A DNA stretch of 64,000 nt from Candidatus Nanoarchaeia archaeon (lineage in GTDB: Archaea > Nanobdellota > Nanobdellia > SCGC-AAA011-G17 > GW2011-AR18). The translations under genes were made by a program, and so were the position numbers. The notes under the pieces are model-generated. The model saw only the letters and a program-made list of their open reading frames with translations, was not told the DNA's origin and ran no database searches. Below are positions 1 through 8,650 of the stretch, one piece after another. Numbering within the stretch: position 1 is the first letter of the stretch; every line of letters begins with the position of its first letter. The stretch is from assembly GCA_035289605.1 (NCBI GenBank), contig DATDWR010000012.1, positions 4,792 to 68,791 on the forward strand, given 5' to 3'.

Positions 1-717
1 AAAGGTATGGCTTGGGCTAAAGTTGAGAAAGGAAAACTAGAAAGTTCTATAACAAAATATTTTGATGAAAAATTGCAAAAAGAATTAATAAAAGCAGCAA
101 AGGCAAAGAATAATGACTTGTTGTTGTTTGTAGCTGATAAATTTAAGGTTGCTTGCACTTCTTTAGGACAGGTTAGATTGGCTGTTGCTGAGAAATTAAA
201 AATAATTCCGAAAGATGAATATAGATTCTGCTGGATTGTTGACTTTCCATTATTTGCCTGGAATGATGAAGAACAAAAGTGGGAGCCAGAGCATCACCCT
301 TTTTGCATGCCGAAAAAAGAGCATATAAAACTACTGGATTCTGATCCTGGAAAGGTTTACGCAACACTTTATGACTTAGTAGTTAATGGAGTAGAATTAT
401 GTTCTGGAAGCTTGCGTATTCACAAGCCAGAAATACAGAAGAAAATATTTTCTATAATAGGGTTAAGTGAAGAAGAAGCAGGAAAAAAGTTTGGATTTTT
501 ATTAGAAGCTTATCGTTATGCTGGCCCGCCTCATGGTGGTGTTGGAATTGGAATGGATAGATTAGTAGCTTTATTAATAGGGCTAAATGATATAAGAGAA
601 GTTATAGCTTTTCCTAAAAATAAGGCTGCTGAATGTCCTATGGATGGTTCTCCAAGTGATATAGGTGAAAAACAGTTGAAAGAATTACACTTAAAACTAG
701 ATGTTGTAAAAAAATAA
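1..717 (+). CDS. aspS: Aspartyl-tRNA synthetase, bacterial-type, C-terminal part (5' end lies outside the window)
   Basis: The frame is open to the window edge. It carries class II motif 3 GPPHGGVGIGMDRLVALL, IREVIAFPKN, HHPFCMP and a bacterial-type insertion-domain segment. Stop is TAA at 715-717. Confidence 0.9.
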   Translation, partial: KGMAWAKVEKGKLESSITKYFDEKLQKELIKAAKAKNNDLLLFVADKFKVACTSLGQVRLAVAEKLKIIPKDEYRFCWIVDFPLFAWNDEEQKWEPEHHPFCMPKKEHIKLLDSDPGKVYATLYDLVVNGVELCSGSLRIHKPEIQKKIFSIIGLSEEEAGKKFGFLLEAYRYAGPPHGGVGIGMDRLVALLIGLNDIREVIAFPKNKAAECPMDGSPSDIGEKQLKELHLKLDVVKK

Positions 718-740
718 ACATTGTAGTCTATAAAACTTTA

Positions 741-1673
741 TTAATATAAATTCATCCCAGCATAAATCCCAAGAACATAACTTAATGCTTGATTTGCTTT
801 TAATGGTTTTTTTAGTTCTGGAGTTAATCTAAATGAATAATTCAAGTCATCTCTAACTTCTTGGCTTAATCCATAAGTGTCATTGCCGAAGATTAAGCAG
901 ATTTTAGAGTCCTCATTTTCCTTAAAAAAATTAATTAAATCAGTTTCATTATTTTTAGCGTGCTTTGTAAACCCTACTTTAATAAAATCTTTGGACAAAT
1001 GAGGAATAAATTTTAAAAATAAATTATTATAGTCTATGCCTTTTGTTATTTCTTTTGCCTTTTTCAGTAACTTCTCAACTCTTTCTCGGTCTTTAGTTAA
1101 TATAAATAAAGGCATCCTGAATATCCAGCATAACCTCAAGAAGTCACTAACTTCCTCAACCAATCTTGGTTCTTCCAAAACAGCATAAAGATTACTAAAA
1201 TTTACATCAATTTCTTTATTGTTAATCATATTCTCTCTGATACATAATCTATAAAACCTTTTATTGTTTTCCTTCTTAAATTCTATGTAAAGAATAACTT
1301 CTGCATTTTTTTCATCAACAATCAAACCTTCATGCTTCAGATAGGGGTTAATGTGTTTATAAATGGATTTAGCTGATATTGGGATTTTATCTAGGAATCT
1401 TGTTTCTATTATGTATGAATGTATAAGTGTTTTGTAATTTTTTACTGCTTTTAATGAATTTTTCTTTAAAGTCTTAAAATTTAGTTCCTTCCAGTCTTCA
1501 ACTATTTCATAAATTTTTTTTACTTCTTGCATGCCTAATAGTTCTTCAGAAATATCGTTTTTGGAATCTACGATTAGCCTTCCTATTTCTTCTTTTACAG
1601 ATTCTGCTTTAATTTTCTGCTTTAATCTCTCTTTGTCTAGTTCGAATTTGTTCAAAAATAGCAGATATTTCAT
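741..1673 (-). CDS. Hypothetical protein with a SPOUT-like (TrmH/SpoU-type) C-terminal methyltransferase signature
   Basis: The C-terminus ICLIFGNDTYGLSQEVRDDLNYSFRL...ANQALSYVLGIY resembles SPOUT motifs 2 and 3. The N-terminal 200 aa are not recognised. Confidence 0.45.
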   Translation of the reverse strand: MKYLLFLNKFELDKERLKQKIKAESVKEEIGRLIVDSKNDISEELLGMQEVKKIYEIVEDWKELNFKTLKKNSLKAVKNYKTLIHSYIIETRFLDKIPISAKSIYKHINPYLKHEGLIVDEKNAEVILYIEFKKENNKRFYRLCIRENMINNKEIDVNFSNLYAVLEEPRLVEEVSDFLRLCWIFRMPLFILTKDRERVEKLLKKAKEITKGIDYNNLFLKFIPHLSKDFIKVGFTKHAKNNETDLINFFKENEDSKICLIFGNDTYGLSQEVRDDLNYSFRLTPELKKPLKANQALSYVLGIYAGMNLY

Positions 1674-1728
1674 GGATTTAGGAACAAATAAAAGAATTTA
1701 TATAACTAACTAAAAAAATAAAAAATAA

Positions 1729-2097
1729 TTAAGCTTCTGCTAATCCTTCTACGTCCTTGTAGCTTCCATAAAGCTGTTCTGCTGCTGCTTTCTCCATTTC
1801 TGCTACTGAATTTTTTATTGCTATATTCAGCGCATTTCTTATATTGTAGTCTATCCCATATCCAGATACAGGCCCGTATGTTGTATTTATTGTCAGGCTT
1901 GTAAATACTAATGGCCTTTCACTTTTTTCAAACCTTTTGCAGTAGACAAGGACATCTACTATTTCTCCAGCTACAGAGTAGTTGCTTAGGTGTTTGCTCA
2001 CATGCTTTCTCAGGTTTTCATGGCCGTGGCTTGCTAGTAATTTTTCATCTCCGCAGAACTCTATAGGCACTTCGCTTTTTAGATTCCCCACTATCAT
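1729..2097 (-). CDS. Hypothetical protein (122 aa)
   Basis: Clean ORF in stop-rich AT-rich DNA with no recognisable motif. A RaiA/HPF-like pattern was considered but is not supportable. Confidence 0.6.
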   Translation of the reverse strand: MIVGNLKSEVPIEFCGDEKLLASHGHENLRKHVSKHLSNYSVAGEIVDVLVYCKRFEKSERPLVFTSLTINTTYGPVSGYGIDYNIRNALNIAIKNSVAEMEKAAAEQLYGSYKDVEGLAEA

Positions 2098-2279
2098 CTT
2101 TCCACCCCTATATTATTATATATAAGGTTACTATTAAATTTTTTTATAATTAGAAATCATTTCTGAGTGAAGAATAAAAAAGAAAACAATATAAATCAAG
2201 TTTTTACTTTTAAAAATCAATATATATAAATTCCTTTATATGACCTGCAAATAAAACAAGTATTATTACACTTAAGATT

Positions 2280-3116
2280 ATGAAAATAGCTAATAAAATT
2301 GAGGTTAACAGTATTTTAGTTCTTGTTGTTGTAATCACCGGGTTATTAATCATTGATTTGCTAGTAATTCCTTGGTATATAAATTATTATTATTTGGATG
2401 ATTTCAGGACAAATTTTATAGGTATTTATCCTAGTTTCATGACCTTTGCCTCATCCTATGAATATCCTAAAGTATATTTTTTTGGTGATTCAATTTTTTG
2501 GGGAGAAAAGATTGGGAGTCATGACACTATTCCTGCATATTTCGAGAAGTGTTCTGGAAAAAAGGCTTTTAATTTAGCTCTAAGTGGCGCTAGAATATAT
2601 GACCTGCTTTTTATAATGAATAATACTAAAAGAGATGCCTTGATTGTTTTTGAAATAGACCATGCAATATTCAATGAAGGAAAGATTAGGACATTATATA
2701 TTAATATGAGCAATTCTTCTTATATTAGCAATCGTTTCGGAAATTTCCCAAATCTATACACTCAAAGGCATGTTCTGCAGTTAATGTTTTTTGGAAAAAG
2801 CACAAAAGACAGAATATTAGAATATCTTCAGAATAAGCCTGATCAGAAAGAACCTGATTTCTTTAATCCTACTCCCAATCTTGGCATGACAAAAGATGGT
2901 TTAAAAGAATTAAATCGGTTTGACAAGTACAAGATACTGTTTGTCGCTGTTCCAATTTTTAATAACAATAGTTGGCACCCACCAATCATAAATAATGCCG
3001 ATATACTTGATCTGTCAAACCTTAACCTTACACAGGATTATTATAAAGATTATCAGCATTTTTCAGAGAAAGGAAGCAAGCTCATTGCTGAAGAGATTTG
3101 TGAGGCAGTTAGATAA
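2280..3116 (+). CDS. SGNH/GDSL-like hydrolase or acyltransferase partner with an N-terminal membrane anchor
   Basis: N-terminal TM segment (ILVLVVVITGLLIIDLLVI) and GDS block FFGDSIFWG. The TAATG stop/start overlap links it to the downstream MBOAT gene. Confidence 0.6.
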   Translation: MKIANKIEVNSILVLVVVITGLLIIDLLVIPWYINYYYLDDFRTNFIGIYPSFMTFASSYEYPKVYFFGDSIFWGEKIGSHDTIPAYFEKCSGKKAFNLALSGARIYDLLFIMNNTKRDALIVFEIDHAIFNEGKIRTLYINMSNSSYISNRFGNFPNLYTQRHVLQLMFFGKSTKDRILEYLQNKPDQKEPDFFNPTPNLGMTKDGLKELNRFDKYKILFVAVPIFNNNSWHPPIINNADILDLSNLNLTQDYYKDYQHFSEKGSKLIAEEICEAVR

Positions 3117-4225
3117 TGGTATTGTTCACTTCTTGGGAATATATAATATTTCTAGTTTTTTCAGTGATTGCATTCTACATAGTAAAAAAGAATTTCAGGC
3201 CAATTGTGCTTGTATTGCTTGGTATAATTTTTTATTTTTATTATGCGAATTTATACGTGCTTTTGATAATTTTCGAAGCCAGGGCTTATTTTCTTGTAAG
3301 GCACAGGACTAAGAGATTATTTTTATTGTCTATATTAATATCTGTAGGTTTGCTAGTATATTTTAAGTACAGGTTTTTATTTTTCGGATTAATCAAGAAT
3401 AATTTAGCAATACCTTTGGGGATTTCATTTTTTACTTTCGAGTTTATTCATTACATAGTTGATGGTTATAAGGGGAAGATTGAAAATCCTAACCTGAAGG
3501 ATCATTTTGCCTTCATTTTTTTCTTTCCCAGCATGGTTGCCGGGCCTATTAAAAGGTATCAAGAATTTGTTCCTCAGATTTATTCTTCAGTATTTTCTTG
3601 GGATAATGTTTTAAGCGGTACGCTTCGTATAGTTGTTGGATTTGTAAAAAAAATTGTTATTGCAGACACTCTTGCTTTGTTTTCTGACAACTTGATAAAT
3701 ACTGATTTTTTAGCATCAGCTTCTCCAGAGCAGGTTGCTTTTAGGTTGTTGGCATTTTCCTTTAAGATTTATATGGACTTTTCTGGTTATACAGATATTG
3801 CTTTGGGTAGTGCAATGCTTTTTGGCATTAAGTTGCCTGAAAATTTTAACTGGCCTTATCTTGCTAGGAACATAGCTCAGTTCTGGAGAAGATGGCACAT
3901 GACATTGACAAGATGGTTCATTGATTATGTTTACAAGCCTTTGGGAGGTAGCAAGAAGAGCATTTTATTTACTTTGCTGAATGTTTTGCTTGTCATGGCT
4001 CTGTCTGGGTTGTGGCATGGTGCTGCATGGAATTTTCTTATCTGGGGATTATATCATGGATTTTTCTTAATGCTTTATCATTTATACAAGTATTTTGAAC
4101 TGCCTAGAATTCCTGCCATTATATCTATTCCCTTAACCTTTATTGTAGTTACGCTTGGATGGGCTTTTTTCCTTGCTCCTTTTCCTATTGCGAAAGTAAT
4201 ATTACTAAAATTAATATCATTTTAA
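3116..4225 (+). CDS. Membrane-bound O-acyltransferase (MBOAT; AlgI/DltB/PatA-like)
   Basis: Polytopic membrane protein with MVAGPIKRY, FWRRWHMTLTRWFIDYVYKPLGG and the conserved His in SGLWHGAAWNF. Confidence 0.85.
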   Translation: MVLFTSWEYIIFLVFSVIAFYIVKKNFRPIVLVLLGIIFYFYYANLYVLLIIFEARAYFLVRHRTKRLFLLSILISVGLLVYFKYRFLFFGLIKNNLAIPLGISFFTFEFIHYIVDGYKGKIENPNLKDHFAFIFFFPSMVAGPIKRYQEFVPQIYSSVFSWDNVLSGTLRIVVGFVKKIVIADTLALFSDNLINTDFLASASPEQVAFRLLAFSFKIYMDFSGYTDIALGSAMLFGIKLPENFNWPYLARNIAQFWRRWHMTLTRWFIDYVYKPLGGSKKSILFTLLNVLLVMALSGLWHGAAWNFLIWGLYHGFFLMLYHLYKYFELPRIPAIISIPLTFIVVTLGWAFFLAPFPIAKVILLKLISF

Positions 4226-4270
4226 CTCAAAAGAAACTCTTATAAAGAATTTTCTTGTTTACTTTTATAT

Positions 4271-4406
4271 GCGGAGGTTCCGGAGTGGCCAAACGGGATA
4301 GACTCAAGGCCATTTGGTGAAAATTTGTTTATCTTGATAATGAGTAAGTATTGTTGAGATATCTATTGGCTTAGTGCCTTCACAGGTTCGAATCCTGTCC
4401 TCCGCA
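4271..4406 (+). tRNA. tRNA-Leu(CAA), class II, with a 52-nt intron at 37/38 (4309-4360)
   Basis: Acceptor GCGGAGG/CCTCCGC plus discriminator A; anticodon stem ATAGA/TCTAT; loop CT-CAA-G[intron]A; long variable arm; T arm ACAGG-TTCGAAT-CCTGT. BHB central helix CUCA/UGAG pairs 4 of 4. Confidence 0.9.
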
Positions 4407-4416
4407 AATATATCTC

Positions 4417-4887
4417 TTAAAATTTATCTAATCTATTTATTATAGCAGCATATTCAGCAGGTTTAATATAATATCCTTCTTCAAGCAGCTTAGTTAGTAA
4501 ATCAATTGCTTGTCTTTTATTAATCATTTCTTTTTTATGAGCCATAAATATTACAGTAGTAGTTCTAATAATATTAACATCATAAGCCTTAGCAGCTTTT
4601 ATAGCATAAGCATCATCCATAATCAACGTTTCTTTCTTTTCTTTGGCAAGGGCAACAGCATCATTTTCGTCCTTTCCCAGATTTAAGTCAAGTTTAGTTT
4701 TAGGATTTAATACTACAATCAATTTAGTTTCAATAGCTTTTTTTATTATTTCATATCCAGGCTTACTAGGAATTAAAATTTCTTCTTTTACAGATTCAGG
4801 TATTACAATCTTGCCAAATAATTTTTTAAGAAATTCAAGTTTATTAATCCTGCTTAATAAAATTAAAGGCGTTGAATTAGAGATCAT
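4417..4887 (-). CDS. PIN-domain toxin (DUF3368-like predicted nucleic-acid-binding protein)
   Basis: N-terminus ISNSTPLILLSRINKLEFLKKLFGKIVIPESVKEEI is typical of this PIN subfamily. It overlaps the upstream antitoxin gene by 4 nt. Confidence 0.75.
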   Translation of the reverse strand: MISNSTPLILLSRINKLEFLKKLFGKIVIPESVKEEILIPSKPGYEIIKKAIETKLIVVLNPKTKLDLNLGKDENDAVALAKEKKETLIMDDAYAIKAAKAYDVNIIRTTTVIFMAHKKEMINKRQAIDLLTKLLEEGYYIKPAEYAAIINRLDKF

Positions 4888-5207
4888 TTTAAATAATCTA
4901 AGTCTGCTTCTAAGTCATCTTTAGTATATTCTGCCCAGTCTATATCTTTTTGTTTTACTAAATCTAACATTTCCCAGAGAGACAAACCGCACTCTTCAGC
5001 AGCCTTTCCAATTGATTTTTTATGCTGCCTTATCCCTTCTAATGCATTATCTATCTTCCATTCTTGAACAGACTTTACTAATAATCTCCTTATCGCTTCG
5101 CTTCTATCTGTCTGCCATTTATTTTCTACTTTAGCTAAATCTTTCAGCATAGAATCGTCCACTCTTAGAGATATAGTAGCCATTGTATTCAATGTAATAC
5201 AACGCAT
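4884..5207 (-). CDS. Antitoxin with ribbon-helix-helix and UPF0175-like domains
   Basis: RHH-like TISLRVDDSMLKDLAKVE...RSEAIRRLL, followed by KSIGKAAEECGLSLWEMLDLV (UPF0175-like). Translationally coupled to the PIN gene. Confidence 0.7.
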   Translation of the reverse strand: MRCITLNTMATISLRVDDSMLKDLAKVENKWQTDRSEAIRRLLVKSVQEWKIDNALEGIRQHKKSIGKAAEECGLSLWEMLDLVKQKDIDWAEYTKDDLEADLDYLK

Positions 5208-5282
5208 ATTTATAAACCTCTTGCTTTGTTGATCACTATATCTTCCAAAAATTTAAAAGTACAGACATATAATCTGAAGTTT

Positions 5283-6110
5283 ATGAACTATCCAAAAGTC
5301 TTAGTAGGCGGCCCAGTTTCTAAGAATCATGAGTATGCAATGGATCGTTTTTTGGAAAGTATTAATAATTTAGATTATAAAAATTATGATATTCTACTAA
5401 TAGACAACTCAGATTCAGATGAATTCTACAACAAATACAAAGACAAGGTAAATATTATTAGAGATGGGTCTCAGTTTCAGAGCATAAAGAAGAGAATGGT
5501 TTACTGCAGGAATGTTATGAGAAAAAAAGTTTTAGAGGAAGGTTATGACTATTTTTTTGATGTTGACCAGGATGTTTTAGTTCCCAAGGAAGCATTAAAG
5601 CGACTAATTGAACATCGAAAAGACGTCGTATCAGGAGTATACTATAGTTATTTCACGCATAATAATAAAGAAAGAAAATTACCAGTAGCATACGGATGGT
5701 TCACAAAAGAACAGGAGGAAGAAATACTAAAAAACAAAGAAAAATTAAAACAAGCAAATCAAAAATTCTACCAAACATTAGAGAAAGAAAACTGGAATTT
5801 CATAAGAATAAGAAGACAACTAACAGAAAAAGAAGTGGAAGGAGAAAAACTGATAGAAATAAAAATGTGCGGAACAGGATGCATACTAATAAGCAGAAAT
5901 GTTCTAGAGAAAATAGAATTCAGAGAAAACATTGAAGGAGGCTTTGATGACGCAGTTTTTTGCAAGGATATATTAGAAAAGTTAAGCTTAAAAATTTATG
6001 CTGACACAGGAGTTAAGTGCGGTCACTTGGTTAGGGAAAGACCTTGGAAGTGGGCAACTGATGGAATCGAGCACATTCCAATGGATAAGGATAAAATAAA
6101 AACACAATGA
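5283..6110 (+). CDS. Family 2 (GT-A fold) glycosyltransferase
   Basis: YDILLIDNSDSDEF and the DxD-like FDVDQDV. The ATG at 5283 is preferred over the TTG at 5226 used by the ORF track. Confidence 0.7.
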   Translation: MNYPKVLVGGPVSKNHEYAMDRFLESINNLDYKNYDILLIDNSDSDEFYNKYKDKVNIIRDGSQFQSIKKRMVYCRNVMRKKVLEEGYDYFFDVDQDVLVPKEALKRLIEHRKDVVSGVYYSYFTHNNKERKLPVAYGWFTKEQEEEILKNKEKLKQANQKFYQTLEKENWNFIRIRRQLTEKEVEGEKLIEIKMCGTGCILISRNVLEKIEFRENIEGGFDDAVFCKDILEKLSLKIYADTGVKCGHLVRERPWKWATDGIEHIPMDKDKIKTQ

Positions 6111-6436
6111 GCTTAGAATCTATATATTATGAAAAATTATTTATTTCAAAAGAAGAAAATATAGAAGTTATAATACAAGAAGCTGACATGAAAACATCTA
6201 TTTATTCAGGAAAAATACTAATAAATAGTAAAAATTCAACAAATACATACGGCTGGACAACAAGAAGAACAAAGAATGAAAGAGGCATCAAAATAAGAAG
6301 CACTAATGAAATAAATGGAAAATTCACTGATAGTACAGATGAAAATAAAGTAATTGAAGCAATTATAAGACGAGCAATAGTGGATTATTGGAAAGCAATT
6401 AGATCAGAAGAAATACAGGAGTTTGTAAGATGTTAA
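6107..6436 (+). CDS. Hypothetical protein (109 aa)
   Basis: ORF overlaps the GT2 stop (ATGA) and the trmI start. No recognisable motif. Confidence 0.5.
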   Translation: MSLESIYYEKLFISKEENIEVIIQEADMKTSIYSGKILINSKNSTNTYGWTTRRTKNERGIKIRSTNEINGKFTDSTDENKVIEAIIRRAIVDYWKAIRSEEIQEFVRC

Positions 6437-7137
6437 AAAAAATAATAATAGACCCAAAGAATGATGTGCATTATTACAAGTCAGGAGACTTTCACACTCA
6501 GTTTGGTGTTATAAAAGAAAAAGAAATTAAGAATGGAATGATTAAAAGCAATTTAGGAAAGGAGTTTGTAGTATTTGATGCAAATTTTTTAGATGAGCTA
6601 ACAAAAATAAGAAGAGGGCCTGCAATTACTCACCCCAAGGACATAGGATTGATAATAGTTACAACAGGCATTGGACAAGGATCAAAAGTTTTAGATGCAG
6701 GTTCAGGTTCAGGTTCATTAAGTTCTTATCTTGCTAGAATTGGCTGCAAAGTAACAAGTTATGAAATCAATAAGGAATTCTTCAAGATAGCACAATTAAA
6801 CCATAAAGAGTTGGGATTGGAAGTTGAGATAAAAGACAAGGATGTTCACAAGGGAATAGATGAGAAGGATCTAGATTTGATAATATTGGACTTGCCAGAT
6901 CCATGGAACGCATTGAAGTATATTCATAAAGCTTTGAAGAATGGTGCCTTCTTAGTGTGCTATCTTCCTACAGTAACCCAAGTAGCTGAGCTCGTAAAGA
7001 AATTTGACAATAAATTCTATATGTGGAAGGTTTCTGAATTATTAGAAAGAGAATGGCATGTTGAGGATTTGAAAGTAAGGCCTAAAAATCAGATGTTGGG
7101 GCATACTGCCTTTGTTGTTTTCGCTAGAAAAATTTAA
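6430..7137 (+). CDS. trmI: tRNA (adenine-N1)-methyltransferase, TrmI/Gcd14 family
   Basis: SAM motif I VLDAGSGSGSLSSYLA, motif IV ILDLPDPW, and N-terminal ITHPKDIGLI. Confidence 0.85.
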   Translation: MLKKIIIDPKNDVHYYKSGDFHTQFGVIKEKEIKNGMIKSNLGKEFVVFDANFLDELTKIRRGPAITHPKDIGLIIVTTGIGQGSKVLDAGSGSGSLSSYLARIGCKVTSYEINKEFFKIAQLNHKELGLEVEIKDKDVHKGIDEKDLDLIILDLPDPWNALKYIHKALKNGAFLVCYLPTVTQVAELVKKFDNKFYMWKVSELLEREWHVEDLKVRPKNQMLGHTAFVVFARKI

Positions 7138-7223
7138 ATGCCTTTTAAAGTTTAATATATAGAAGCACCGATATTTACATTAGATTCTGCATTGGTATTT
7201 TCTTGGCTAGAATAATTTACTTT

Positions 7224-7960
7224 TCATGATTGTCCAATTCCTATTTTTATTTTATCATTTTCTATAATAATATTCTTATCTTTGTCTATTTTTACATCCA
7301 TACCTACATTTCCTCCAACATCCATTCCTACTTTTAGTGAACTCTTTACTTTTCCTCCATTAACTTCAACTTTATTATCAGATTTAATTTTTACATCAGC
7401 ATTATCTCTAGTCTGAACTTCAACAACAGGAGCTAAAATATATTTGTCGTTTCCAGTAACATGTAATGATTCATCTGTTTTAAAATCAAAAGAAACTGCA
7501 GAAATTGAATCTGAATTTGTATCGAAAATATTTAAATCATTCCTGTCAGACTTAATTTTCAGTTCATTAGACGGCAGCTTAGCTGCATGATCTCCTTCAG
7601 CATCAGTTATCATAACATTAGATATAACTAAGCGAACTTGATCATAAGCGCCTTCTTTTAGCTTAACATCTGCCAATAATTCCTAGGAACCTTCAGTTTT
7701 AATAAATCATAAGTTTTTGGAGTTGAAGATATTGTAACCTAGCTGTCAGCATTGCTGTGAACTTCAATCTTATCTACAGTAATTTGAACTTTTGAAACTG
7801 CTTGCATATCTGCTGCATCATCGGTTATAGAAAACACAACTCTGCCTTTATTTTCATTAGCATCATCAGAATTATCTGTATTTTGTGAATAATCTGGTTT
7901 TGAACAAGAGGCTAATAAAAGTAACATAACCAATATTATCAAACCATTTAATTGTTTCAT
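7224..7960 (-). pseudogene. DUF4382-like lipoprotein gene, disrupted by two in-frame TAG codons and one frameshift
   Basis: The N-terminal piece (7739-7960) has a signal peptide and lipobox (LLLASCS). The C-terminal piece (7224-7676) carries LKEGAYDQVRLVISNV...LPSNELKI. Reading 7677-7741 gives SNADS-TAG-VTISSTPKTYDLLKLK, then a shift to GS-TAG-ELLADVKL. Confidence 0.7.
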
Positions 7961-8059
7961 AAACAGTAAGGTTTGCTTGTATCTATATATTAATTGCCTA
8001 TATATAATATAAAAAAAGAAATATAAAAATTCAGATTTTGAAGTAATTGTAAATGTGAT

Positions 8060-8236
8060 TTACTCAGAATTTTTTTTCTTCATATAACATTCTTTACAAT
8101 ATACTGGTTTTCCTTCTTTAGGCTTGAAAGGTACTTGTGTTTGAGCTCCGCATTCGCTGCAAGTTGCGTCATGCATCTCTCTAGGGCCTCTGTTGAAGCC
8201 TCCACCACCGCCTCTTCCACCATCTCTAAATGCCAT
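8060..8236 (-). CDS. Small CxxC-x17-CxxC zinc-ribbon protein (58 aa) with a Gly/Arg-rich N-terminus
   Basis: Translation is MAFRDGGRGGGGGFNRGPREMHDATCSECGAQTQVPFKPKEGKPVYCKECYMKKKNSE. A GGAGGT ribosome-binding site lies 7 nt upstream. It is below the ORF-track length cutoff. Confidence 0.7.
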   Translation of the reverse strand: MAFRDGGRGGGGGFNRGPREMHDATCSECGAQTQVPFKPKEGKPVYCKECYMKKKNSE

Positions 8237-8383
8237 CTTGGCTTACCTCCTGGTAATTGTTATAAAAAAACGAGTAACTCGAGTTTATAAAGTTATGTGA
8301 TTTAAAAAACCAGTATTTTACAGTTCTGGACAAAATTATTGTAAATCAAAAAATTATTATATCATTAATTCCAAATACTCAAT

Positions 8384-8638
8384 ATGGATATAAGAGGGTG
8401 GTTTCGGTCTTTATTTAATCCTAGTTTTAAATTTAGAATAAAAATAGTCGATGATAGTAAAATTTCCGAAAATATAAAATAGCTTATTAAGAAAGCAGTA
8501 TATGAAGCTTATTTTAGCAATTCAAAATTTCTCCAAGTTCCTAAAGTAACTGTCAGTTTAACTGATCATTTGAATTTAGGATTAGTTGAATTTCACGCCG
8601 CAGCAGAAACAAACGCAATCTTTAATAAACTCAGATAA
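8384..8638 (+). pseudogene. 85-codon frame interrupted by one in-frame TAG (8480-8482); unknown product
   Basis: ATG at 8384, 32 codons, TAG, then 52 further open codons to TAA at 8636-8638. No in-frame ATG, GTG or TTG follows the TAG. Confidence 0.35.
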
Positions 8639-8650
8639 ATCCTAAATATT

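Noticed and set aside
1729-2097. RaiA/HPF-like ribosome hibernation factor assignment for the 122-aa ORF.
   Set aside because: There is only a loose pattern resemblance by eye (beta-alpha-beta-beta-beta-alpha spacing, ...NALNIAIKNSVAEMEK). No diagnostic motif is present and the family is bacterial, so the ORF is left as hypothetical.
4309-4360. Box C/D guide in the tRNA-Leu intron.
   Set aside because: It contains only weak UGA-type fragments (GGUGAAAA, AAUGAG). There is no RUGAUGA box and no exon-complementary stretch beyond the bulge-helix-bulge (BHB) helix.
7677-8482. TAG reassigned to a sense codon. Three in-frame TAGs occur within 800 nt, in the lipoprotein gene and in the 85-codon ORF.
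   Set aside because: TAG is the apparent genuine stop of at least five well-supported genes: the 18007 methyltransferase, the 34874 HAD phosphatase, the 39980 gene, the 45162 surface protein and gyrA. Read-through would in several cases run into convergent genes. The lipoprotein gene also needs a frameshift, and other relics carry in-frame TAA. Pseudogenisation explains all of this.
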